Source of the DNA: Azolla caroliniana | Taxonomy: Eukaryota > Plantae > Polypodiophyta | Reading direction: 5' to 3' | NCBI GenBank assembly: GCA_043228905.1 | Contig: JBHGNT010000013.1 | Span: forward strand, 16,678,001 to 16,742,000 | Length of the DNA: 64,000 nucleotides | Part shown: positions 53,701 to 64,000 of the stretch, one piece after another | Layout: each line of letters starts with the position of its first letter | Numbering within the stretch: position 1 is the first letter of the stretch | Notes under the pieces: generated by a model | The model's database searches: none | What the model saw: the letters and a program-made list of their open reading frames with translations, nothing else | Told to the model about the DNA's origin: nothing | Position numbers and translations under genes: made by a program

Positions 53701-56434
53701 AGGCAGATGGAGCCAAAGTTGAAAGCAGAGGTACCACACCTTCGAAGCACACCAAGCCTTCAAAATCACCTATATGCAAGCGGTTGTTGACGAGGCTGCT
53801 GCAGAGGAGACAAACGAGCATTAACAGAGGAGACAAACGAGCATACACAAGGAAAGAAAATCAACAACAAGAACATCAATCCGGGGAAACAGAAATCTCT
53901 GCATATACAGAGACAGAGATTGAACCTAGCACAGAGGGGAACACAACAACAACTACGCGGGGAAACAGAGAATCGAAGGTGGAGTGAGAGAGAGAAACAA
54001 AAAGAAAGAAAGAAAGAAATAGAGATTCAAAGGTGGAGTGAGAGAGAGAAAGGTAATAGATATGTGTTGTCTTTCTAACTTTCTGCCTCTGTCTGTTTGA
54101 CAACTTTGAGATAGAAGAGAGAGACAGAGACAGAGACAAACCAACTATGACATTCCAAACCCTCTCCAGGTGTGCTTTCATACAACTCTACCTAGGAGAA
54201 TGAAGTTACAATTAATGTATTAAATACGGCCTTGGGACATTTCGAGTGTGACGTATATTATCTTTGTACATTCGAGTGTGACGTAATGAATTTGTTATTT
54301 GAAATTGAACACCATTCAATAGATGATAATTGTTTTATTTTCAATTTTTAATGTTTATTTTCTTCCTCGATTTAGTACTAAATTTTTGGCCAAAAGTTGG
54401 TACATCGTAGCATGCTTCGACCCACAGGTGATTTACCATGCCAAAGAAGAACGGCACACTACGCTTCATTCAGGACCTGCAATCGGTCAATAAAGTGACC
54501 ATTTGAAATGCAGGTATCGGGCCGACCATTGACGAGTTTGCCGAGGCCTTCGCCGGAAGGTCGATCTATTCGGTCAGGGATCTATACTTGGGGTATGACC
54601 AGTTCCAACTAGCCATGGAGAGCAGGGATATTACAACGATGCGGACCCCTCTCGGCCTAGTGTGGATGTGTACCTAGCCGCAAGGAGGGACCAACTCGGT
54701 GGCGCACATGGTGAACGCTATGAACAAAGTGCCGAGAAACTGCATCCCGGATGTCACCATGCCATTTTTGGATGACCTACCGATAAAGGGATGTTCGGTG
54801 GAGGATAAGGATGAGTCGGTTTCACCGGACGGCTACCGGAGGTTTGTTGCGGACCACATCAAAAACTGCGAGAAGGTGCTACAAAGGATGGAGAGCGCAG
54901 GACTCACCTTCTACGGAGAAAAATCGGCTTTCGAACAATCAGAAATCTTAGTGGTCGGTCACTTGTGCGGGCCTTATGGCCGGAAACCGTCTCCGGCAAA
55001 GGTCGAAGCCATTTCCGCGATGAAGGAGGAATGCAAGTCAGCAACGGAGGTGCGGAGGTTCCTGGGGGCGTGTGCGTTCTACCACATCTGGGTTCCGCAT
55101 TACGCGCACATCGCAAAACCGCTCTACGGGCTGCTAAAGAAAGGGTGCAAATTCGAGTGGGGCGAGGAGCATGCAGAGTCGGTTCATAGATTGAAAGGGG
55201 CGTTAACCGCAGCACTGGCACTCCGGAAAGCAGTTTACGGCAAGGACGTCCCAATTTACGTTACGGTAGATACGAGCCCGACTAGGATAGGATGGGTGGT
55301 CAACCAGGAGGACAAAGCCGGCACGAGGTTCCCCATCCGGTTCGGAGAGAAGGTGCTGAGTGAGCGACAACGAGGATACGCCCAAGTTAAGTGCGAACTC
55401 TAGGGTATCATTTCTGCAGTTAAGGCCGATAGAGACTACTTGATCGGGACAGAGGTGATAATCGAGACGAACTGCCTACCGATCCTTGGCATGATTTCTG
55501 GATGCGCGACGCCGGACATGACAATGCTCAGGTGGATTGCGTACATTAAGTCCCTGAATACGGAAATACGGCACATTTCAGGGAAAGACAATGCCATGGC
55601 CGACATGCTTTCTAGAGCACGGTATGACGATGAGGACGACATGGTTTCGGAGGATGAAGAAGTCGACGTGGACTTCTTCGAGTCGGCTTACGTGACAACG
55701 AGGGCAGGGAGCACTCCGACGCTTAATGAGTTCAATGAGGGCGAATACGACGGGGAGTGGCTCCAGATCGGCAGGTTCTTGAGGATGTTGGCGCCGGATG
55801 CAGCATGGACGAAGGAAGAGGCTAATCGGATCCGGAAGAAGTCGTACCGATTCTTCCTACGGGACGGGGACATATGGAAGCTCCCGAAAAAGAGAGGCGG
55901 CGTGCCGCTCCGGGTAGTGGCAGGGAAGGAAGAGCAAGAGGCGTTGCTGACGACGTATCACGAGAGTCCTTGGGCCGGTCACCGTGGAGCGTGGGCCACA
56001 TTCGAAAAGCTAAAGGAGAAATATTGGTGGCCGGGGCTATACCGGGACATGCACCGGTTCGTGACGACTTGCGAAAACTGCCAGATGCACTCCATGCTCT
56101 GGCATCGAGACGAGCTGCACCCGACCTACCCGCCGACCGTCCATTTCAAGTGGATGGTAGATTTGGTGACGATGACGATGGGGGTAGGACAAATGCGGTA
56201 CCTAGTGCTGGCGCAAGAAGACTTGATGAACCAAGTGGAGGGCCGCGCACTGCAGAATAAGACGACTGCAACGATATGCCGATTCCTGATTGAGGAGGTG
56301 GTGTGCCGGTACGGGTGCGTAGGAAAGATCGTGGCAGATCGGGGGGAGCTGGACGCGCAGGAAGCTGAAGAGTTGTTCGATCGGTTAGGGGTCAAGCTCT
56401 CCTTCACTACGACGTACAACCCAGAGGAAAACGG

Positions 56435-59400
56435 TGTGGTGGAGAAAATCGTCCCTAGGTAGAATCGGAGAATATCGGGAGAATCGTCGGTGTGCACCAT
56501 GTGCACTTACCCTTGTAAAAAAACGTGTGAATAATAGGAGTTAAGTCGGGACAGAGGATCCCATGTAATAAGGGATTTATCCCACATTGTAACGCATCTC
56601 CCTCCTTGTAATAAGGAAGGGAGTGCCTCTTGTGAAGGGGTTACCCATTTTGAGTTAGGAGGGTATACCACTTAGGTCGAAGAAGTGTGAGTTCTTCTTC
56701 TTCTTCTTACTTTAGAGTTCTTTGAGGTCTTCTTCTTCGTGTCTGTTTAGGGTTTTGGCCCGGTGAAGAGCTTGTGTGTTCTGTGGGGGTTTACTTCTAC
56801 TCAAGCTCCGGTGCAAGACCATGCTCGGCGCGACGAGCCCGAGAGCTCCCCCAACGGCGGCTTGGCGGCAGATTGTTGTTGTAACATAACCTACCTTGGT
56901 TCGGCTCAAAACCGGGGATGTATTCTTTCCCTTGTAATATACATATTTGCGTCTTTTTGTGCACATCCGTGTATTTGGTGGTGTCGGAAGCAGAACCCCT
57001 TGCTTCATGTGCATAAGAGTTGGTGTCGCACGCACACTCTCCCTCTCCTTTGTCTTTCTCTCTTTCTCTCTCTCACGTTTGGTTGCCTCCAGAATGCGTC
57101 CGGAGTCGGTTTCTCGGCACCCCTTTCTCCCTAGTCCTAGACCCCCGTCGTCCCTCCCTTCTAAACGCACACGCCTAACAACACGACATCTTTGGTGAAC
57201 CCGACGTGAAGGGCGACAAGGGAGAATGGAGCTGGAGGAAGACGACTTCGCGCAACTTTTTGTCGAAGCGGTGAGGTAGTTTGGACGAGCAACAACAAGA
57301 TGAGAGACAATGCAACAAGCGGTTGAGCGAGTGGTCAAAAGAGTCGGCCATTTCATCGGAGACAAAGTCCCATTCTACTTGGAAGCCTACAACGCGGAAA
57401 TCGAGGAGCGTGACGTAGACGAGGCGTTGAGGCTGGAGTTCTTCTGCTGGGTCGTCGTTGTCTGTATGCACGCGGAAGTGAAGGACCTCCGAGAAGCTCA
57501 TAGTTCGTGGGAGGCCTTCGAAGAGGTGCTCCTGCAGGCATATGGGGGACGGCGGAAGAGCCGGGGACGACGCGACTTCGACCAGTTGTTTGCATCGGCG
57601 AAGACCCACCGGGGCGCAACGAAGGCTTTCCGAGAGTTCGAGCGACGACTTGCTCGGCTCTCGGAGCGGGAACAAGGTTTGGTGGGGGCGGACAAAGTCC
57701 TGTTGTTCGTCAAGTCGATCGACCGAGTGGAACGGGAGGCCATCAGGATTGAGCTCAAAGACGAGGACGAAGCAAATGGCCTCACTGAGGACTGGTCAAA
57801 GGATGGAAGAGTATGCCAAAGACTAGATGACGAGGGAGCCGAAAAGGCTAGGAGGAAGGCGCGCGATGTTGCGCCATCATAGTGGGAAGAGGCCGAACGG
57901 CAAAGAGAGTCGGCAAGGCTCGACTTCGCAGCCAGGATTGCAGAGGCGTATGCAGCCCTCGAGGCAATGATCGAGGAAGAGGAAAGATCGAGGCCGCAAC
58001 CCGACGTCGAGGAGGTGGACTTGCCCCATGGGGTGGCAGAAGATCGGTACCACGGTACCACGGGAGAGGGTGCGGAACAAAACGCCCTCCCGACTTGCGG
58101 AGATAGAACGGCCGAGGACGAGGCCAAGATACCGATCGCAGAATCGGAATGTTGGGACCGGCGGTTTCGGGCACGTCAGCTCGAAACTCCGGACATAGGA
58201 GAAGTAAGCCCAGGCGGGGCTTGCGTGATCGGTAAGAAGATGACCACCGACCACGAGGAGCCGGTGGCTACGAACAAGGGCGTAAAACGGATGGGCGATT
58301 CTTCGCGTCTTCCCACACTTTCTCCTGAGACGATGGCAGTCGGGCCCGAGTGCCCACGTGAGTCCCAAGAGGAGGAAGGCGGCGGCGTGAGACCGAGAAT
58401 CGCCGACGAGACGATACGGGGAAGGAACGGACAAGAGCCCTCGGGACCGATTCCGGAGAACTCGGCATTCAGGCCCTTACGCCCATGTGAGACCGAGGAG
58501 ATGGATGACGGTATAGAGGAGTCCTGGCACGATGCCAACGAAGAAGGATGGGAGGTGGCCCGCGAGAAGGTCGACGAAGAGACCAAGAAACGACACGACC
58601 GGGGACCGAACAACGCGACACTCCGATTTGGTTGGAGCGCGATCCAGTCGTGGATTGTCCGACCGGGGCTAGAATCGGCATGAGGGTGCCGATATGGGAG
58701 AGGGTGCGGAACGAGTCCGGCAAGGTTGGCATCAGAGCCGAAACTCCGGACATTGGAGAATCAAGCCCAGGCGGGGCTTGGTTGATCACAGAGCGGATGC
58801 TTTCCACCGACACCTCTAAAAGGGTCGGTGGCCCCGGACGAGTCACCGAAAGATGTTACGAAATCGGTTACCCCACATCTTGTCCGGAGCCTTCGGCAGT
58901 TCGGCCGACATGGCAACATGAGACCGAAAGAGATGGAAGATGGAGGTGGGAGCACAAAGAGGATCATCGACGACGAGTTAGGGATGAAGCGGAGAACGAA
59001 GACCGGTCCTACGGAGATCCTCGCACCGATCCGGTAGTCGGCCCGAGAGTTGATGTGAGTCCTACCGGAGAAAACGACGGCGGCAGGAGAACAGGGCGGA
59101 ACGAACTTCCGGATAGGGTTTGGGGAGAGAGCAGGCCTACGAAGAGGCCGGGAACACGGTACGTCGGTACCATGGGAGAGGGTGTAGAGCGAGCCACCCT
59201 CTCGACTTGTGGACAAAGACGACCCGGGATAAGGGCCAGTAACTAGACGGAGGCCTGAGGAGGATCCTTCACACCGGTTCTAGAAACTCCGACAGTTGGC
59301 CCAAGAGCCGGCGTGAGACCTAGAGTAGCGAACGGTGGCGATGAAGGGACGAAGGCGAAGGAAGTGCGGATGGGTGGTCCACGGAGATCCTCGCACAGAT

Positions 59401-61641
59401 CCGGCGGTCGGCCTGAGTGCTGGCGTGAGTCCTATAGGAAAGGACGATGGCGGCAGGTAAACGTGACCAATAGAAGAGGGCGGCGAAGACGACGAGCAGT
59501 GCTGCAACGACCTTACACACCGAGTCTAGAGACTCCGGTAGCTAGCAACAAGAGTCGGCGTGAGACCTAGAAGGAAGAACGGTGGCGGCGGCAAGGCAGG
59601 CAAACCGAGGTCCCACGAAGATCCTCATACCGATCCGACAGTCGGCCCGAGTGCTGGCGTGAGTCCTATAGGAAAGGACGGTGGCGGCAGGTGAACGTGA
59701 CAGGACGGCGAGACGACGAGCGGTTAGCTGCGACCTTACACACACCGGTTTAAGAGACTCCGACGGTTGGCCCGAGAGCTCACGTGAGACCTAAAGTAAG
59801 GAACGGTGGCGGCGGCAAGGCGGGCAACCGAAGATAGAAGGGGAGGTCCCACGAAGATCCTCACACCGATCCGGTCGGCCCGAGTGCCGGCGTGAGTCCT
59901 ATAGGAAGGGACGGTGGCGGTAGGTGAACGTGATCAGACGATAGAAAGCAGAGCGAAAGGAGGAATGAGGCCAGCGAGGCGGCCACGAACCGGATACGGA
60001 CCCGACCGACAGAGTCGGCAAGACAAAGATCAAACGCGCTTAGCACACGAGTCGGTGACCCAACAAAACGGAGGCCCTAGAAGGATCCTTCACACCTGCC
60101 CGGAGACCCAGCTGTTCGGCCGACGTGGCAAGGGGACAAAGGCGGCAACAACCAAGGTGTTACGTGAAAGAAGGAAGCCATGCGGGCCAGGACGCGGCAA
60201 GGGCGATCTTCTGGTGAACTACTGAGGATACCCGGTTAAGGAGCGGTGTGCCGACCCAGAAGGGGCACACCCGAAAGAAGAATAGAAGACATGCGTGTGG
60301 CCATCGAGGGCCAAAGCAAAGCACTGGTACGAGACAGTGTTTGGTACAGACGATGCCAGACAAGGAGGTGTCGAAAAGAAAGTACGCGTGTGGCGGATGG
60401 TTGCCGGATCAGGAGATATCGGGTAGAATGCTGGAGAGGGATCCTCCACACCGGTTCCGAAGGACTTAGCAATCCAAGCCGATGTCGCAACATAAGACCA
60501 AGGAGAAGGAAGCTGGCGGCGAGGGGACAAAGGCGATGGGCGACCGCACGGGATGGCAACCGAGATCACGCGATGATCGACTAAGGCAAGAGGGCCACGA
60601 CGGGTGTTCCTCAAGCATAGAACACCAGGTGTATGGCGGAGAGAAGAGCGTGCATACGACCGAGCGAAGGGCCAACAATGGGGCACGCGTGCTACGGGGT
60701 CGCAACGAACGACCTGTTAACGGGTCAAATGAGCCTACAGAGAGGCAAGCAGCACGAGGATGAACTGGACCCGGGCGACTTCGATAGCGAGGACGACCGT
60801 TTTAGAGCGAATGGCGATCCGGAGGATGAAGGGTAAGCGCGGGCCGGTTTTCTCTGGCAAGAGTCTAGTTTGGCGCATACCAGTGGATGCGTAGTTAGGT
60901 GGGGGCGGATGTCGTGGAGAGAACCGTCCCTAGGCGGAATCGGAGAATATCGGGAGAATCGTCAGTGTGCACCATGTGCACTTACCCTTGTAAAAAAACG
61001 TGTGAATAATAGGAGTTAAGTTGGGACAGAGGATCCCATGTAATAAGGGATTTATCCCACATTGTAACGCATCTTCCTCCTTGTTCTATAAAAGGAAGGG
61101 AGTGCCTCTTGTGAAGGGGTTGCCCATTTTGAGTTAGGAGGCTATACCACTTAGGTCGAAGGTGTGTTAGTTCTTCTTCTTCTTCTTCTTACTTTAGAGT
61201 TTTTTGAGGTCTTCTTCTTCGTGTCTGTTTAGGGTTTTGGCCCGATGAAGAGCTTGTGTGTTCTATGGGGGTTTACTTCTACTCGAGCTCCTGTGCAAGA
61301 TCACGCTTGGCGCGACGAGCCCGAGAGCTCCCCCGACGGCGGCTTGGTGGTAGACTGTTGTTGTAACATAACCTACCTTGGTCCGGCTCGAAGCCGGGGA
61401 TGTATTCTTTCCCTTGTAATATACATATTTGTGTCTGTTTGTGCATATCGGTGTATTTGGTGGTGTCAGAAGCACAACCCCTTGCTTCCTGTGCATAAGA
61501 GTCGGTGTCGCGCACACGCTCTCCCTCTCCTTTGTCTTTCTCTCTCTCTCTCTCGCAGTCAATTTCTTGGCACCCCTTTCTTCCTAGTCCAAGACCCCCG
61601 TGGTCCCGCCCTTCTACACACACGTGCGTAACAACGCGACA
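56435..61641 (+). mobile_element. Element D: non-autonomous, gag-only LTR element (5.2 kb) of the A family, inserted in A integrase
   Basis: LTRs 56435-57188 and 60910-61641. PBS TGGTGAACCCGACGTGA at 57193-57209 (tRNA-Trp). PPT AGGTGGGGGCGGA. Perfect 4-bp TSD ACGG. Gag-like frame 57226-58683. No RT, RH or INT motifs. Confidence 0.92.
59010..59940 (+). repeat. Internal degenerate tandem repeats of element D (4 copies; mostly ~235 bp spacing)
   Basis: GATCCTC..CCGATCCG..GTCGGCCCGAGTG..GTGAGTCCTA..GGAAAGGACGGTGGCGGCAGG near 59014, 59384, 59619 and 59854. Confidence 0.8.
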
Positions 61642-62333
61642 ACGGGAAGGTAGAACGAGGGCACAACCCAATCGTGAAAGCGTTCGTGCGAGCTTGTGAA
61701 GGACAGGTTGGAAATTGGCCACTGCTATGGGCGAACCGGACTACGCACAGTGCGGTGACCAGGTTCATGCCGGCAAAGTTGATGTACGGGAAAAAACCGA
61801 ATATGCCGGTGGAGTGGGAAATCACTTCGTGGGCCGCGGTGGACTGGAGAAACGAAATGAGCCAGGAAGAACTATTGGCGGCGTGGATTCGACAGCTTGA
61901 ACAGAGACCGAAGGACGTAGAGCGAGCAAGGGGGAACCTGCGTGCGGCACTGGAAAGGAACAAGGGCCGGTTCGACTGGACACACCGGTTCCGGCCGAAG
62001 AAGATTGAAGAAGGTGATTGGGTGTTGGTATACAATAGTAGCCTCGACAATCAACACAAGGCGGTGCGAAAATTTGCAAAGAGATGGTTCGGGCCCTATG
62101 CCGTGACGAGCGCTAACAACAATGGCATGTACCATCTCGCAAAACTTGATGGGACGCGGATAGTTGTGCCAATAGTCGGGAATAGGATCAAAGTATTTAA
62201 GATGCGGCACGAGGACAAACCAGACTCGCCCAGTCCGAACGATGGTGACGGCTGCACTGGCGCGGACAACGATTCGGAGAATGAAGGGTGATTACAAGTC
62301 GGTTATCTCTGGCAATTGCTGTATTTGGCACGT

Positions 62334-62958
62334 TGTCGCGGAAATCCGCGAGTTTGTGTCAAAAGGGCGAGACCACGGAGGTCTTGGACGAGGGAGAAAG
62401 GGATGCCAGGAAACCGACTCCGGACACGACCCGGAGACAAGCGAACACGAGAGAGAGAGAGAGAGAGAAAGAGAGAGAATATGCGTGCGACACTAACTCT
62501 TATGCACAGGAAACAAAGGAGGGGAGCTATGCTCCCGATACCGCCAAATACACCAATATGCACAAACAAATATATATATATATATATTACAAGGGGAAAG
62601 ATACAACCCCGGCTTCGAGCCGGGCTACGCTTAGAAGAAGAAGTAGTTAACCCGAACAAAGCTTCTCGAGAAGGACAAGAAGAAGAAGACTACCAAGAAG
62701 TTACTAGCCCTAGAAAAACTCTTGAGGAAATAACCCTAGAGCAAAATGGTATACCCTTACGACTCAAAATGGGCAACCCTTACACAAGAGACCCCTCCCT
62801 TCCTTTTATAGCCCAAGGAGGGAGGAACATTATAATGTGGGATAAATACTCCCCCTTATTCTATACACCGTTTCCTACTATACAGGTACACATGTTGCAC
62901 ACCACCGACTTGCACATTCCACCCCGGTTTCACACTATAGCCGGAAATCTTCACGACA
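62334..62958 (-). mobile_element. Solo LTR E (A/C/D family), inverted, in the 3' UTR of element A
   Basis: Minus strand begins TGTCGTGAAGATTTCCGG, homologous to LTR C. Perfect 4-bp TSD ACGT (62330-62333 and 62959-62962). Confidence 0.9.
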
Positions 62959-62993
62959 ACGTACCGGTGGACGTGCAGTTTGGTGGGGTTGGA

Positions 62994-63620
62994 TGTCGTG
63001 AAGAAAACCGTCCCTAGGAGGAATCAGGGAATTATGCGCTTGAATTGGCCCCTACGAGTGGACATGCTATTTTATAACTTGTACATACTTAGGAGCAAGT
63101 CGGTTGATGTGAAGATACTAGGTAGTACGCATTTATTGTTTAGGAAATCTTAGCGTATCTCTGTTCGAAGTGACAGAGAATAAATACGATGTAACCAGGG
63201 TATAACGGTCTGTCCCCGAGGGGCCTATAAAGAGGAAAGGGAGAAGGCTGAGAGGACATCGCGTTTTTGGGCAAGGACAAGGGGTTGTTGGACTGGGAAC
63301 CGAGCTCTCTCCTGCTCTTTCTATTATCATTCTCTGCAGGGTTGCAATTGCTGTAATCGTCACTGTTATTGAAATTGAATCTCTTGTTTTTGTCTATCCG
63401 TGTTTCTGGGAGTCTCCTCTTTCATTTCTCTCGAGTGTGCTTCTTGATTAAGTTGGTATACGCATTGGTGGTTCATTCAACCGGCAAGTGATGTCGGTTG
63501 CAGACAGGTCTATCAGGCCTTACACTTGCATGCTTCTTACTCCCTCGTCTCCCTTGCTCCTCGGTTCAGGGCCCCCATGGTCCCGCCTTATTTCACACGC
63601 GAAAGCGAAACAACACGACA
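62994..63620 (+). repeat. Element A 3' LTR
   Basis: Direct repeat of 29911-30543, preceded by the G-rich PPT. Confidence 0.93.
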
Positions 63621-64000
63621 ACGGAGATTGCCGCAACAACCTTGGTAAATTCAAACCAATCAAACCACATACATATGCAGAAGAAAGGAACTCCATGACA
63701 CTGATGGATAAGGGAAACAGAGTTATTCCTGGTTCAAAATCGTGTAGAGGTAGAGCTATGGGCAATGGTGTCAGCAAGTTTTCTAGATGGACCGACGCAA
63801 CACTAGTGTATGTCTGAAGAAAACACTCTCGAATTTGCATCTTGAACAAAGTTCAAAAGAGAGTTGCGGCAATATTTTATCCTTGAAAATGAGCATTTAT
63901 GCCTTATGGATGAGTGGAAGGCAGCGAAGCAAGGAGAAGGCCAACTTACTATCTATACTGAGAAATACCATCAATTAGTATTACAACTACCCCATCTACA

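Larger units (their letters stand above)
43872..54423 (+). mobile_element. Sola2-like DNA transposon (10.55 kb) inserted in element A RT
   Basis: TIRs GGGTGGAAGCATGCTACGGTGTAC and GTACATCGTAGCATGCTTCGACCC (22/24 match; GRG..CYC termini). Transposase motifs DFTENY..QSMHW..SDDKKHD..WFDSAAS*FK..GHGKGEHDGVG. TSD degenerate (ACCA/ACAG). Superfamily assignment is from recalled motifs. Confidence 0.8.
42973..62291 (+). pseudogene. Element A pol in three pieces (42973-43871, 54424-56434, 61646-62291): RT, RNase H, integrase
   Basis: KPSSAPY|NR*FTMPKKNGTLRFIQDL rejoins across the DNA transposon. FLDDLPIKG (RT), VDTSP..YAQVKCEL (RH), GHRG..YWWPGLY..C..C (INT). YNPEENG|KVERGH rejoins across element D. 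Confidence 0.9.
29911..63620 (+). mobile_element. Element A: Ty3/gypsy LTR retrotransposon (tRNA-Trp PBS), expanded to 33.7 kb by six nested insertions
   Basis: LTRs 29911-30543 and 62994-63620 (TGTCGTG...ACA). PBS TGGTGATCCCGACGTGA at 30548-30564. G-rich PPT GGTGGGGTTGGA before the 3' LTR. TSD ACAG/ACGG. The gag and pol fragments rejoin across the insertions. Confidence 0.9.
28460..64000 (+). mobile_element. Element F: old Ty3/gypsy-type LTR retrotransposon, outermost layer of the nest; continues beyond the window
   Basis: 5' LTR TGTAAGG(28460)...CCTTACA(29613) has 7-bp inverted termini. Met-type PBS TGGTATTAGAGC at 29616-29627. The leader/gag is interrupted at 29910 and resumes at 63621 with Retrotrans_gag-like FKPIKPHTY...NKFKRELRQYF..MDEWKAAKQG..YTEKY. 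Confidence 0.7.

Overview
Eukaryotic land-plant nuclear DNA; a fern or other non-seed plant is my inference, not proven. The left ~28 kb holds four minus-strand genes: the 5' exons of an RMR-type PA-domain receptor with a Ty1/copia element in intron 2, a 10-exon XBAT32-like ankyrin-RING E3 ligase, an intronless LPE1-like PPR gene and an intronless L-type lectin receptor kinase. It also holds a LINE fragment. From 28460 to the end is one deep transposon nest. An old Met-PBS Ty3/gypsy element (F) contains a Trp-PBS gypsy element (A, 29911-63620), which in turn contains a solo LTR, a full-length 10.1-kb gypsy element (B), a truncated relative (C), a 10.5-kb Sola2-like DNA transposon, a gag-only non-autonomous relative (D) and an inverted solo LTR (E). 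Top leads: (1) element B has no polypurine tract. Its place is taken by a tRNA-like cloverleaf ending in CCA two bases before the 3' LTR, complementary to B's own tRNA-Arg PBS, and B also carries a ~1000-aa extra ORF. (2) The Sola2-like element carries a spliced coiled-coil/RING-H2 accessory gene and dense GTACTA motif arrays. (3) The A/C/D/E family makes 4-bp TSDs that all read ACG[G/T]. All alignments and folds were done by eye.
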